Below are positions 25,729 to 39,030 of a DNA stretch of 64,000 nt, in pieces. The notes beneath the pieces were generated by a model. That model searched no databases. It worked only from the letters and a program-made list of their open reading frames with translations, and was not told where the DNA came from. Within the stretch, counting starts at the first letter, position 1. Each line of letters starts with the position of its first letter. Both the position numbers and the translations under genes were made by a program. The stretch comes from Nymphaea colorata (Eukaryota): NCBI RefSeq assembly GCF_008831285.2, contig NC_045138.2:10478001-10542000 (forward strand). Reading direction: 5' to 3'.

Positions 25729-28700
25729 CTATGCGTAGTATTTCTTGAGGTGAAGAGAGTTAACAGAATCACCAAGTTCCACTACACCAGTATCAATCAA
25801 TCGGTATGAATTACGGGGCAAGGCTTCCTTAATAACATATGGGTCTTCTCAATTTGGTGCCCACTTACGACGTGGTCGTCCTCTGATGTATATTATAGAT
25901 TGTAGGACTAAGTCGCTTTTAGCTTCTTTTCATCTAGCAAATCAAGTTGTATTAGCCTTTTCTGCTGATATTGATTTAGGGGAAGCTCTACAAAGAAGCA
26001 AACTTCAAAGTGGGTTTTAGTATATGTAATGGTAGAACCACTTCCATTTCATAGACTAGCTCTGTTGGAGTAACATTTGTTGGAGTTCTCATAGTGGTGC
26101 TTTATATCCACAGAGCGTTATGCATCTTTCTGTGTCAATCTCTTCCAGTTTCTACTGTCTGCTTGCCCATTACCTTGGGGGTAATAAGGAGCTGAAAAAT
26201 GATGCATGATATGGTATTTGCTGCACAACTACCTCATCTTTTTATTTTTGAAATGAGTCTTGTTATCAGATATTATATCATGAGGTACTTCAAATCTGCA
26301 AAGAAGATTTTTGTGAATGAAGAACAATATGTGATGCCCTTCTATCATTCTGAGTGTGACGACTTCTACCCATTTGGTAAAATAGTCCATTGCAGCAAGA
26401 AAATACTTATGGCTATTTGAAGCTACAGGGGATATGGGTCCAACTACGTCAAATGTTCACATTGAAAATGGCGAATGAGATGTTACAAAATGCAAGTGAG
26501 AGACTGGTGCAGGGATCATGGAGGCATGCAGTTGACATTCTTTACATCTTTTGACGAACTCGTAACAATCTTTTTGCATAGTAGGCCAATAATATCTTGC
26601 TCGAATTATTTGCTTGGTGAGCGTTTGATAACCAACATGGCCCCCACAGTCTCCTCGATGTGACTCTTCGATGACTTCCTTTGCCTCATCTTCATTAAGG
26701 CACCGAAAGTATTTAGTACTAAATTCACGTCTATATAGCACTCTTGCAAGAATAAAGTACCTCGCTGACATAAGTTGAATTGTTTTTTGTTCATTTTTGG
26801 GCATTCCAGTCGAGAATTCTTAGCTTTCAATGTATCTTTTAATGTCATGATACCAAGGTGTATTCTCTTCTTGGATATGATGAACATGCTTCACCGCTTC
26901 AAAAACAGGGTGTTCTAATCTTCCAATCTCAAAAGAATGGATTTATTCATTAGTTCGAAAAGAGATAGTAGATCCTAAAGTTGCGAGGCCATCAGCAATA
27001 GGGTTGCCTTCTCTTTTTATATAAGCTAGTTGTACTTCTTCAAACTGACGAATCAAGGTGGTGGTGATCTCTTGATATGGCACCAACTTTTCGTCTTTAA
27101 CTTGTCATTCTCCGTTCACTTTATTGATGATAAGCTGAGAATCACCGAAGGCATGCACCCTTTTGACTTGAAAACTTAGTAAAGAACGAAGTCCTTGTAT
27201 GAGGGTTTCGTATTCAGTCATATTATGGGTACATGGAAACTCGACTTTCAAAGAGTACAAGATCATTTCATCTTCCGGAGTGATAAGTAAAATGTCTATA
27301 CCATCTCACATCACGTTTCTGGATCCATCAAAGTACATCTTCCATATCGGAACCGTTTCCAATCTTAGTATGCGTTTGTCTAAAAACTTATCGTTTGTTC
27401 TTATTTCTTTGTACTGGGGAAAGTCTGTTAATTGATCTGCAATTGTTTATCCTTTGATTGATTTCTAGAATACATATTCAAGATCGTATTGCATAAGCAA
27501 AACTTGCCATTTGGCAATACGCCCATTAAAGAAGGGTTGTTCCAAGATGTATTTAAAAGGATTTAGTTTGGAAAGTATCTTGACCTCACAAACTAATAAA
27601 TAATGTCTCAGCTTCTGACACATCCAAACCAATGCTAGACAAATTTTTTCTATCAAAGAGTATTTCTTTTCATACTGGAAAAAAGTTTTATTAATGTAAT
27701 AAATTGCATGCTCAATGTGACTTTCTTCCTCATATTGTGCCAAAAAGCCACACATGCTTACTCATTTACTGTGATGTAAAACAGCAATGGTCTGCCCAGT
27801 ACTGAGGGTTTTAAGATTTGTGAATTTAAGAGGTATCTTGTTATCTTTTCAAATGACCGTTGGCACTCAAAACCCTATTAAAACTTGATATTTTTCCTCA
27901 GCAGCTAGTTGAATGGCTCGTATCTCATGGCTAGATTGGAAATGAATTGTCTGATGGACTGGATTCGCCCTTGCAAACTTCGTAGTTTCTTGATATTGGT
28001 AGGAGGTTGCATATTGATGATTGCTTTAGCTTTGGTAAGATCCATCTTGATTCCCCTTTTACTGACCATGAAACCCAAAAGTTTACCTGATTCAACCCCA
28101 AACACGCTTTTTTGAGGATTCAAATGAAGCTTGTACTGTAAGAGTCTCTCAAACACCTGGGCAAGAGTTTCAATGTGGTCTTCTCTTGTCTTAGATTTAA
28201 TCAATATGTTATCGATATATGGATCCATGATTTTCTGCATTTGGTCATGAAAGATAGCGGTCATGATTCTTTGATAAGTTGCTCCAGCATTTTTTAACCC
28301 AAATGGCATCACTATGTAACATAAAGTACCCCCGAGTGTAGTAAAAGCGGTCTTAGGTTGATCATTAACTGCTAATTTGATTTGGTTATAGTCTAAATAT
28401 CTATCCATAAAAGAGAACATTGCATGTCTTGCATTATTGTCTACCAATAAATCAATGTTTGGAAGTAGATAATCATCTTTCGGTATGACTTTGTTCAGGT
28501 CTCGAAAGTCGATGCACAACCTTATTTTGTCATTTTTCTTGAGACTACTACAATATTAGCCAACCATTTGGGGTAATCGATGGCACGAATAAATTTTGCC
28601 TTTAATAGGTCTTCTAATCCTTCTTTTATGGGCTCTTCTAGTCGAGGATCAAGTTTGCGCAATTTTTGTTTAACTGGCTTACAATTAGGGCTTAAGGGCA

Positions 28701-28985
28701 AACGATGTTCAACCGACTAGGGGGTCTAAACCCAACATATCCTCATTAGTCCATGCAAAAACTTGTTGGTGGCTTATAAGAAAGTCCACCAATTTTTTCT
28801 TCTTGTCTACTGACAAACTCGTGCCAATTTGAAGGATCTTAGGATTCTCACTAGTTCTAATATTAATCTCTTCTATCGGATCATTAACTAATGGCAAGGG
28901 ATATTCTTGTCTCTGAATCTGACTGAAATTATGGTAATTCTGACTCGAGAATTATCGTGGGTTCAACTTCACCAACTGCTTGTTT
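25729..28985 (-). pseudogene. RT - RNase H - aRH - integrase of element 2
   Basis: MCIDFRDLNK, VMPFGLKNAGATYQR and YIDN (RT). AIYYINKTF..YEKKYSLIEKICLAL (RH). HRGDCGGH...CKECQ (integrase zinc finger). Confidence 0.92.
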
Positions 28986-29246
28986 GATAAATGTTTTCTG
29001 GAGGGACTTCCTAGGAATAAAAAACAATTGAGACATGTTGAGTTCTGACATCTTGTAAAGAGGATGATAAAAGGAAAATTGAATAAAGTTAAAATTGATA
29101 ACAAAAGATTACTTGCATTGCATATCAAAAGTTCTTAGTTCATAGAGGTGGTCCTCTCATGCGACCAGTCAAATAAAAGTTAAGATTACAAAACTTATTG
29201 GATGATTTAAAACAAAGGCAAATACTATTAGCCAACACGATCTTCT

Positions 29247-31552
29247 TTAAATTTCTTTATGATATTCCAGTCGCATGGTATTTATTTGAAAATGGATACT
29301 AATCAGCTGCAAGATGTCATCTTCGTTTTTCCCCAGACTAGTGAATGGACGATGGCTACCTTTCAAAAGCAACTGAAATGCCTTAGGGTTTTTCATTAAA
29401 TGAGCATACAATGGGTGTTTTTGATAACTCAGATGACTACTTGAAACAGTATAAGCTCTCCGAGATGATTCACCTATCTCCATGTTTTGCATCCATTCTT
29501 CCAAAGGTCCTTCCTTCGTTATTCTTATACTGGGTGGTACGTCCACTGAATCAATTAGCCTAGGGAGCATTGGTTGCACCAACCTCTCGACCGGATCCTC
29601 AGCAAGTACGGTGATGGCTGATGGACCAAAATTCTATTTGGGACATTGATGAAGAGTGGATGGGATTTCTTGTACTTGGTGGATCCAAGGTCATCTCAAG
29701 AGTAAGTTGTACGATGGTGGTACGTCCACCACATGGAATATAATGCAATGGCTGGTGTTTTCAATGATCACGTTCATGTCGAGGGTACCTTTGTTGTTCA
29801 TGCTTCAGTTATCGTATCCATAAATCTTGATATCATCAGCGATATTTGTCTTCATGAAATCCCAAACTTTTGACCATAAGATCAGGACAAATATTTGAAT
29901 TACTTCTTTCATCGATCAATACATGTGACATAGTCATCCTATTGACCTAGACGATGATATAAAGAACATTTACATGGCAATATCCCCATTTTGAGAGGTC
30001 ATTTTATGAAAAGGTAATTGACTGGTCTTTAGAGGCTTGAATTCAATCTCCCTCAACCATGCATTCTTCCAAGGGAATGACATCATCCAAGTACCATGGA
30101 TCTTCGTTCGAGGAATCATATGATGATTCATCATCGCTGCCTCGTATGATAAAAGTTTTTGGAATTATGGCAGGTTTTTTGGATGAACTTTCTGCCTTGT
30201 TGTTCATCATAGCAATAAAATCTAGAGATTTCTTACCTTGATTTGTCATCATGACTTTGTGTAAACTACTTTCATCACAAGGTCGGATGTGCTTCTATAG
30301 ATGATACAGGAGCGGAGTGCCTATGGTGATCGTGGCTATTGTCGTTTTCCCGTGATTAGGAAATGGATTCCTTAATACCTTAAGGATGTTATCATCAACA
30401 ACCTTGAGATCATTGTTGAAGAAACCTTGGATAATGTTTTTGAGGACAAAACAATCCTGAGTGTCATGGCTAGGGGCACGATGAAACTTACATAGTTTTT
30501 CTTTATTACCTCCCATCATTTTTGGAGGCTTTGAGAAGTGACAAAGCCTGTGTTTCAGAAATGGGCTCCTTCATCTTATTGCATTAGATTCTCCATTTTT
30601 TGATGAATGCTCAAGTCTTTCCTCCTTGTTTCTGACCGAAACTGCAAATAGTACTAAGGGTTGGAGCCAATGGAACATTTTGCTCAAATATTTTGACAAA
30701 TATGTTAACCAATTTATCGAATTCCTTCAGTTCAACTGGGTTGGCATTTTCTTTGTACCACTGTGCGGCAATGTGTTCAAGACTTCTTGGAAAGTAACGA
30801 AACAAGGCTCTGTTATTCGCCCGAATCTTGTAGCAATCATTGAAGAATGTTGAAAGGTGAACGTGTGGGCAGGTGGTTCCATCACATTTGACGAACTCCT
30901 TGGGCAAACTCTTCACTTCTTCATCTCCTTCAATACCAATGTAGTAATCCTCACATGAGTATGAGTGTTTTTCTTTCCCCCAAAGTTCAAGGTTGCTTGA
31001 TTTGACTAATTCTGTCTTCGTCTTTTTCTTTTTGCCCTTGACCTCTTTTGCTTTCTCTTTAGATCTCTCACTGTTCGAGCTACTACTTGGGATGTACTTG
31101 TTTGTTTTTTGTCTTTCTTGGTAGGCTTTCTCTTTCTTTTGGGTTTTTCCTCTGAGCTTTCGGTAGTGATAGGGCTAGCTGAGTTGCTTTCCTCTACGAT
31201 TTATTTTCCTTTCTTGCTTTTCTTTGTTATCTTTTTCTTTTTGAGAGGAAGCAATTTGGGATTTTTCTCCTTACTAGTTGTTGAATCTGAATCTAAATGA
31301 TCTTCATCTTGATCTGTAGGAGAAGATTTGTCGTTTTTCTTCTTTCTTTTTTGCTTGGTGAGCTTTTCAGTCTCTGGTTTTGGAATAACCATTAGGGCCT
31401 TTTGTTGTTCTTGTTCCCTCATGAATCGCTCCATGAACATCCAGAACATATGGTAGCCTTCTAGCTCGATTGTTGTGAAGCCAAGTGTTTTTGGCATAGG
31501 ATCAGATGACGTTCTGAGGAGCCTGCTTAACTTGTGCTTTGGTCTTAACCAT
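29247..31552 (-). pseudogene. gag - protease - G-patch of element 2
   Basis: MVKTKAQ start, FPRSLEHIAAQWY, CKFHRAPSHDTQDC, G-patch-like SLGKNEDDILQLI. The stop is at the same place as in element 1. Confidence 0.85.
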
Positions 31553-31731
31553 CTTGTTGGCTTTCAAGTTTTCACCTTATGAGACAAGAAAATGAGAATC
31601 ATTGGATGGAAATGATGACAAAATGAAGGTTCATATTACATTAAGAGTTTTTAAAAGTTACATCTAAAGAAAACACTAACAAAGATGACTGAAGATGACA
31701 TATGAAGTACAAGGTTGACAATATAAACTTT

Positions 31732-32848
31732 TTAAAGGAAGATGGATGGTGGTCGGTTGGTATTCTACCACTCAACGTATTCCTTATTTACCACTGGACC
31801 TACGAACCAAGTGTATGATATTTATGTCTTCCACTCTCGTCGAGCCACTGCGAACAATGCCGCCCATTGAGGAGAGTTGAGGTCGAATTAAGGAATAGCT
31901 CCAATTGGTGCATGCACAGAAATCTTCTACCTCTAAGGAAATTGTCTCATGCATCTATCAGCACAATAATCAATTACGACATATGGACCCAAGAGTGTGG
32001 TACATCCATGATAATGGTGAGTGTATCGAGGCAGACTCTGACGACGATCACAATAGTCCCAAATGATCTCATTTCCATCCAACTGCTCGATTAAACAGTG
32101 GTATTGTTTTAGGACTATCAATGCTCCATCAGTGTTTCTGAATAGACTAGCTTTGGGTCTCATGTGCTTGAGAAACCACAATTGCAAAGCAAATGTTCAT
32201 CCTTCTATGAAGTCGGTATCCCCAATGGTGAAGTGGGTGAGTCCTCGGTAGAGAAAAGTCAAGGTTGTCATTATTGCTGATAAGTATCAGGTCTCACTAT
32301 GTCCACATATCTGAAAAAGTTGGTTAAGTAGAATGTTCAACATAGACTCCAAATTCTTCATACAAATTTTTCAGGTTGATGTTTTGGCTCTCATGGTTTT
32401 TTATTAGAGGCCAAGTTTTTCGTCCAGTAAAGTGAGCTATAAGGTCATTTGCATTAAGCTTAGTCGGGTTCATGAGGAATTGTTTCTCTAATGGATCATT
32501 TGGGTTACGAGTTGGGGTGGAGAGGTCTAGTACTTTGGCAAATTCATTTAATAAGACTGTCATTTCTCCCCATGAAAACCAAAAAGAAGAGGTATTGGGG
32601 TTCCATCGCTCGGCAATTGCATGCACCAAATTTCCATCTACTACTTGCATCCTTCCGGCTGCCACTGTCTCTAGCCCACATTCTTCAAAGTATGAAGGAA
32701 ACATTTGAGAGAAGGTGGGATGTCAAGACCGATACCATTCGGGAGCCAAAGGTTTAGACTCAAGAAAGATATAAGCATACCATTCGGACCCTTCTCCGAA
32801 AAGGATGTGATCATAAGGGAATGTGACACCATGTTGGAAAGAATACAT
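31732..32848 (-). pseudogene. Ogre ORF1, PMD-like, disrupted
   Basis: MYSFQHGVTF...LVHAIAERWNPNTSSFWFSWGEMTVLLNEFAKVLDL, then LQLWFLKH and YCADRCMRQF, all PMD-type motifs. Confidence 0.82.
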
Positions 32849-33620
32849 CTCGAGTGATGACTCTCTGAAGGTTAGAAATTAGATTAGTGAAAAAGATTGA
32901 CTAGGTTGATAATGACAATATGAAGTAGATGTATATAATGAGATTGTAAATCATCACATATGGTTTTATGCACATCTATATGTCATTTGAAATAATTTTG
33001 GAGAAAAATGGGTATAGGAACCTAATGGAGACAATTTTGCGTCACGATAATCCAATATCAAGTTATGTTTATATACTTTGGCTGAATGGCTTAATACTAG
33101 CATAGATTCTTCCTTAGACCACTAAGGGTAGGGTTCGTCAACTTCTTCTTGATCACTCATCGATATACTATAAATTATTACTCATGGTACTAACGATGAG
33201 GCTTTTCCACCCAAGATGTGGTCTAATTGTAAGATTTAGTCTTGTGCTACTGCTTAAGACCAAGCCCGACAACATGATGACCAGGACAAATAGGTATGAG
33301 GAGTTTTGAAATATGCAAAAGAAGTTGTCTCTAATGTAATGTTGCCTAAGATAATGATTAAAATAAATAGAAGAGCAAACATTGTTTTCAAGCAACTCTT
33401 AAATTGAGGAGAGTTGTATTTGATACTATATCTAAGTGAACATGATTGATTCTTCTTAATTAGTCTTATGTGCAAGAAAGCAAACACAATTACCAAGCAA
33501 TGTAACAAAATGCTGATGGGGTTAAGGCCAAAGAAGAAAACATGTTTTATCATTAGCAATATATGAAATGTCCAAGTTTGTGGAAATGCATCAATGATAA
33601 TCACAGCCAAACGGTGATGA

Positions 33621-33638
33621 GTCCCATTATGGTCGTCA
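33621..33638 (-). promoter_or_regulatory. Primer-binding site of element 2 (Arg-type, degenerate)
   Basis: TGACGACCATAATGGGAC 2 nt inside the 5' LTR end. Confidence 0.72.
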
Positions 33639-33640
33639 TC

Positions 33641-34786
33641 TATTCGCATCCCAAAAAAAAATTTGGCTTTTGGAGTGCTCCAAAAAAAAAGAGATTTTAT
33701 TTTGAAAATGAGAGAAAGGGACTTGTCCGTCAGTACGAAGATCGATTGTTTCCCGCACCTTTACTGGGGGTAATCAATCCAAGGAATATGTTTATTATTG
33801 ATGCATTTCATTTTGGCTTAAATATCTTTTTCATTATAAATGTGGTGTTGTGTTTGAGAAAATAATTGAAGATTTGATGTTTCAAACTTTTGAAAAAGTT
33901 CTTTGAAGAATCACTTATGTGAAACATTTTGATTTGAGGAAATTTTGAATTGAGAAATTTTTACAAATACCATTTGAAAAGCTTAGGAAATCATTTTTGA
34001 AGTGGATTTAGTTTTCTCTTAAGACTTTAAGTAGGTTTAGGGTTTTGCTTTAATTTGGTTACTGCCTAGTTAGAGTTTCATCTCATCTTGCTTAAGCTTT
34101 TTTTGAGATGTGCTTGTGATCATAAGTGATGTTAAGTGAGTGTGAATGCATGAATGCATTAATTCTATATGATTAGAAGAGAATAATTCATTCCGACCAC
34201 AACATTCATTAGGAAACATTTCTACCATCACATACATCTAAATTTCTTATTTGTACTTATAAGATTATTATAAATATTGTTATCAAAAGGGAAAAGTTTT
34301 TTAAAATAAAATGGGGTTGTAGACCATCAAGCATGATTACAATATTGGGTCATTACTTGATTTTTTTGGTCTTGATGAAGTCGACAATTAAAACCTTAGA
34401 TCTTTGGAGAAAATATCCAAAAAAATTAGAAAAGATGAAATACACCCATAGAAAGAAAGAGATAGAAAAATAGATTTCAAAGATCACTAAATGAAATATT
34501 TTAAAAGAGGGAGAGATTTGTATTTCTATATATATGTATATACGTACATATACATATGTATATGTATACATATATGTACATGTATGTATGTGAAAGCTTT
34601 TGAAAATAAAGTATTAACTTAAATAGAGAGAAAAAAAAGTTCTTAAAAAAGAAAGAGAGAGAGAGAGAGAGAGAGATGCACACATATGTGTACACATATA
34701 TGCAAGTTTATAAAAGGAGACATTGATTTGAAGAGAAAGAGAGATTTTAGAGGAAAAGAAATAGAGAAATATATATATACATACAG

Positions 34787-34832
<46 letters not shown>

Positions 34833-37125
34833 TCACACATATATATATAAGAAATTTTTAAGAGAAGACATTTAACTTGAAAAAAGAAATAAAAGATTCT
34901 AGAGAGAGAAAATAGAACACATATATATACGTATTCATGTGTATATGAAAATTTGTAAAATAAAATGTGGAAATATAGAGAGAAAATGATAAAAAACATC
35001 ATCATGTGCACATATACATATATAATATGTATATATGTATGTGTCTTCTTGAGATTATAAATTAAGAAATTACTTAAAATATTTGACTTCAATTTTTATG
35101 TAGGCTGTAGAAGAACTTGGCCTCATGTAAGAGCCTAAGCTAGGTCTCCAAAGCCTCATTAGAGAGGGTTCTTGCTTTTGAAAGTCTTTTGAAGAACATG
35201 ACTTCAAATATTTTTTTATATGAACATGAAACATAATTATTTCGTTTGTTACAAAAGAATATGTTTCTTCCACCATTAGATATGGAAGAAAATCAATTAA
35301 CATAATAACTCATTAGGGTTTCTAATTATGTGATTAAGATAAAAACTAAACATAAGAATGACATGAAAATACATATTAACATGTACATATTCATGAGAGT
35401 TTTCCTGGGTTGGACAAATCTCAGTCTCAAACATCAACATAACAACAGAGAAGAATCCCAACCCAAACACTCGTTATCACTATTCATTCATATATAAATG
35501 AAAAAATAAGTCAACTATGCATGAATAATATCCAAAACATAGCAACATTCTGAAAAAGAGAGAACATATTCCAATCATAAAATGAAATATAATCTCGTCT
35601 TCTTGTGCTCCCGGTGCACTCAAGAATAGTTTTTTTACTTCAAAAAGAGATTTCATAGTTATCTTATATGGTCATGGGGAGATGAAGAAAGCAAGTAAGG
35701 AAACCAAAATAAAACAACATTCAAAAAAGAAATGACACGTTTTAATCATAAAATGAGATATCATTTCAACTTCTTATGCTCCTGGTACACTCAAGAATAT
35801 TTCTTAATTCCGAAGTGAAGGTTTAATAGCTATCTTATATAGCCATGGTGAGATGAAGAAGAAAAAGAGTAAGGAAAGAAAAATGATTGTGATGTTGGTT
35901 ACATACCTCTAACAAGAATGACTTTAGAAAAATGAATACCCTTTCTTTGGATGATCCTAGATTCGCTTTGACTGAAGCTCCAAAATGATGAAGATATTGC
36001 TCTAAGAGATCTCCTTGTGCTCCCTTGAAGAATTGAAATTTGGAGAAGCTTGCTCTCAAGGTTGGAAGAGAAGATAAATGAGAAGGAAAGAATAACAGAG
36101 AAATGGAGAAAAAAAGCAAAGGAAAAACTCTAAGTCCTCAAGTGATAGTGCCCTAGAGGTTCCCCAGAAACTAGCTCATCCCAAGAGAGAAAATTGTAGG
36201 GGTATTTATAGAGAGTTTTGAAACCAAAACTCAAAATTTGAATTTTTTTGAATTTCATAACATTTTCATGTGAATTCTAAGTATTTTTTTAATAATTTTC
36301 ATTTACTTATTTTTTAAATAGGTTTTAACTAAGTGGGATTGGCCATTAGTTCTGCAAATACCCTTTTGGGGATGTGGGTAGGGCTAATGTCCACCCAACA
36401 TGCCCAAAACCGCCCCTGGGGGTGGTTTTTATCATTGAAATAGGGCCTGTGCCGGTTGCAGGCCCCGGCACGGCCATAGGCACGCGTCAGCGAGCAGGCA
36501 TGGCGATCACGTCACTTGGCAAGCGGTCGAGCGTTGCATGGCATGCGTTTGTGCACAATTTCACATCGCGTGGGCAAGCAACATCTTGTTGCGCGTGCCT
36601 TTTTTAATTAATTTTTTTAAATAAAATAATATGAAATAAAAGTGAAATAAAATAAGATAAAATGAGTAAATGAATAAATAAAAAGGGATGTTCGTGAAAA
36701 AAAAACATAAAACCCTTTTTTATTTAAAATGTGTATAAAATTGGTTTTTATTCCAAATGGGTGGTCGACTCCGTTTCGAGTGACTCAGAATTTGTTTTAA
36801 ATCCGGATTGTGTTCAATTGCTCGCCGACGCATTCTAGCGCATGACTACAGTTTAAAAACACATTTTGGCGTGAGAATGAAGCATAAACAAAGGGAAAGT
36901 CCATGCATGCATGTGTGATGCTCATAAATTCAAATTTTGTTGTCTTGATTTCAGTTTTGGATTTTGAGTTTGACATAATGAATTCGGATCTAGATTTATA
37001 TTTTGGATCTTATTTGGATTTAAGAATTGGATTTTTGATTTAAATCTCACGTCTAAAGTTGATTTTTGAATTCGCGTTTGGGTAGAAAGAATGCATTTTT
37101 TTTGAAAAAATTTGGGGTGATTACA
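33641..37125 (-). repeat. 5' LTR of element 2 (3485 bp)
   Basis: Starts TGTAATCACCCC and ends GGGATGCGAATA (CA>TA). TATAAATACCCC at ~36200. Homologous to 22467-25387. Confidence 0.92.
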
Positions 37126-37341
37126 AGTCCACTCAAAGCTGGCCAACTAAAACTTTTGCCACTTGACATTCACTCATCCACATTTGCAACACCGTACATA
37201 ATAATTCATAATGTTACATTATTTCATGAATCTGCACCAATCATTAAACAAAAGATGAAATCGTATGTTGTTATTTTCATTGGAAGAAGACCCTTTAATG
37301 GTTGCATAAGTGTTCACATCCTAATGCTATATTCATGGGAA

Positions 37342-37528
37342 CAGTGGCAGAGCCACATATAGGCTGGTGTGGTCACGGCCTACACTAACTTCTCAATTTT
37401 CTTTTATTTTTACATTAAGATTGTTTAATATTTACTTTGGTATATATATAAGTGCCATTTCAGGAATGAAGGAATGAAAACATGTGAATCAATGCCCCCT
37501 CCAAAAAAAATTTCTGCCTCCCCCACTA
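37342..37528. mobile_element. hAT-type MITE (187 bp), same TIR class as 22100-22243
   Basis: TIRs CAGTGGCAGAGCCA / TGCCTCCCCCACTA. TSD CATGGGAA / CATGAGAA (7/8). Confidence 0.7.
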
Positions 37529-38039
37529 CATGAGAAGTATCCAACCCAAATTGCATAGCGGAAGTGTTGCATTCTAACTTAGCATTCACATGCCAATGAC
37601 ATGTCCCGCCCTTTTCCATACATTCGAATGCCAAATAATACTGTTCCCAAATATTCAAATTAAATAAACGAAGTACCCACATTTCTAATTTTGTTGATAT
37701 GTCCAACTCTACGGCATGTCGAGCCACTGTCAATATGGATTCAGGTTGCACTCTCATCTTTGGTTGGTGTAGCTTGACATTGTCTTTACTCCCACGCTAA
37801 GAGGTTGATTGGCAGTGGGAGCACCACATGAATCTGCCCTAGAACACTATAATATAGTGTTTCATGATTCTATCACAAAGCAAATTCGTCAAAGAATCAC
37901 AAAGCAAATTCGTCAAACAATTTATTACTGTTCCCATTCTCAAACAACCACTAAAGCTATCTATTTGGTGTCCAAGCTGCTCCCCATAATGCTAGTTGAT
38001 GACATGCATCTGCCGAGCCAGGCACAAGATCAGTCAATT

Positions 38040-38300
38040 TGACCCGACTCATATCTTGCTTGAGTTGAGTTGTACAAGGTCAGCTCGAGCTTGACTTGAT
38101 AGAAGGAGTCTCGGTTCAAGCTCGACTCATTTAAGCTGATTTACCAACTCATCATTTGACTTCTTGTCTTTTCTTGATTTTAAGTTTGAAAAATTTTCAA
38201 GAAAAACTAGACTGAAGAAGCTTACTCGAGTTTAATTGAGTAGAGTTTATGTGCCTCAACTCGCTTATAAGCTCGAGCTCAACTTGTGTCGAGCTTAACC
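38040..38300. mobile_element. Degenerate MITE-like repeat rich in (A)AGCTCGAG motifs (related tract at ~20230-20840)
   Basis: Clustered GAGCTCG/CGAGCTT motifs. Ends not resolved. Confidence 0.4.
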
Positions 38301-38443
38301 CTTAGCTGAGGCAGATCACTTGATCCACGAGCCAAGCACGAGCTGAGCCCGGAAACGGTCGCTGCGTTCGTTCGCACCTTGCCAACAAGCTGCAGAGCCT
38401 AACCTAGCCCGAACATGGTGTGTCGGGTTCGGACGGGGAGGTT

Positions 38444-38451
38444 TAGGGTTT
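38444..38451 (-). promoter_or_regulatory. telo-box (AAACCCTA) upstream of BRX1
   Basis: TAGGGTTT ~140 bp before the ATG. Telo-boxes are typical of plant ribosome-biogenesis and translation genes. Confidence 0.55.
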
Positions 38452-38536
38452 TGTGAGAGCTCGGTCTCTGTCCTTCCCTCAGACCCTCCAAATTCTGCGA
38501 GCCTCTGCAAAAAGCACGCACAGAGCGCTCGCTCGC

Positions 38537-38537
<1 letters not shown>

Positions 38538-38581
<44 letters not shown>
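38538..38581 (+). repeat. (GA)n microsatellite / GAGA element in the BRX1 5' region
   Basis: Pure AG run ending 5 nt before the ATG. Confidence 0.9.
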
Positions 38582-38585
<4 letters not shown>

Positions 38586-38586
38586 G

Positions 38587-38786
38587 ATGGGGAAGAAACG
38601 AAAGCACGCAGAGAGGACGGAGGAGAAGGAAGAGAAAGCGGAGGAGCAACGGCCCCAACGCACGCTTCTGGGTTGGAAGGACAAGAAACCCAAGGAAGAA
38701 GGCGAGGCTGGCAACGGCCACCGTCCTCCTGTCTTCAGGAATCGAGAGAAAGTTCTTGTCACCTGTTCCAGAAGAATCGTCTTCAG
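38587..38786 (+). CDS. BRX1: Ribosome biogenesis protein BRX1 (Brix domain), exon 1 of 8; joined CDS 948 nt, 315 aa
   Basis: MGKKRKH...RPQRTLLGWKDK...FRNREKVLVTCSRRIVFR. The donor is GC. Confidence 0.93.
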
Positions 38787-38888
38787 GCATTTCTTCTTTT
38801 ACTTCTACTCCTTCCTCTTCTTCTTCTGGTTTTTACGAAGAGTGGGTGTGAACTGTTCGCCGTTTCCTTCAATCGAGTTGATCTGCAG

Positions 38889-39030
38889 GTACCGGCATTT
38901 GATGCTGAATGTGGTCTCGCTGTTGCCTCACTGTAAGAAGGACAACAAAGTCGAGTCGAAGGAAAGCAAAGGCGCGACGTTGAACGAGCTAGTCGAACTT
39001 AGAAACTGTTCCTACTGCTTCTTTTTCGAG
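38889..39030 (+). CDS. BRX1: BRX1 exon 2
   Basis: tgcag|GTACCGG. YRHLMLNVVSLLPHCKKD...CFFFE|gtgatc. Confidence 0.95.

Larger units (their letters stand above)
22467..37125 (-). mobile_element. Ty3/Gypsy LTR retrotransposon, Tat/Ogre-like, both ends present but degenerate (element 2)
   Basis: Minus-strand termini TGTAATCACCCCAAA ... TTGGGATGCGAACA. 5-bp TSD GGTCC (22462-22466) / AGTCC (37126-37130). Same domain order as element 1, with internal deletions in ORF1, gag and INT. Confidence 0.95.
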
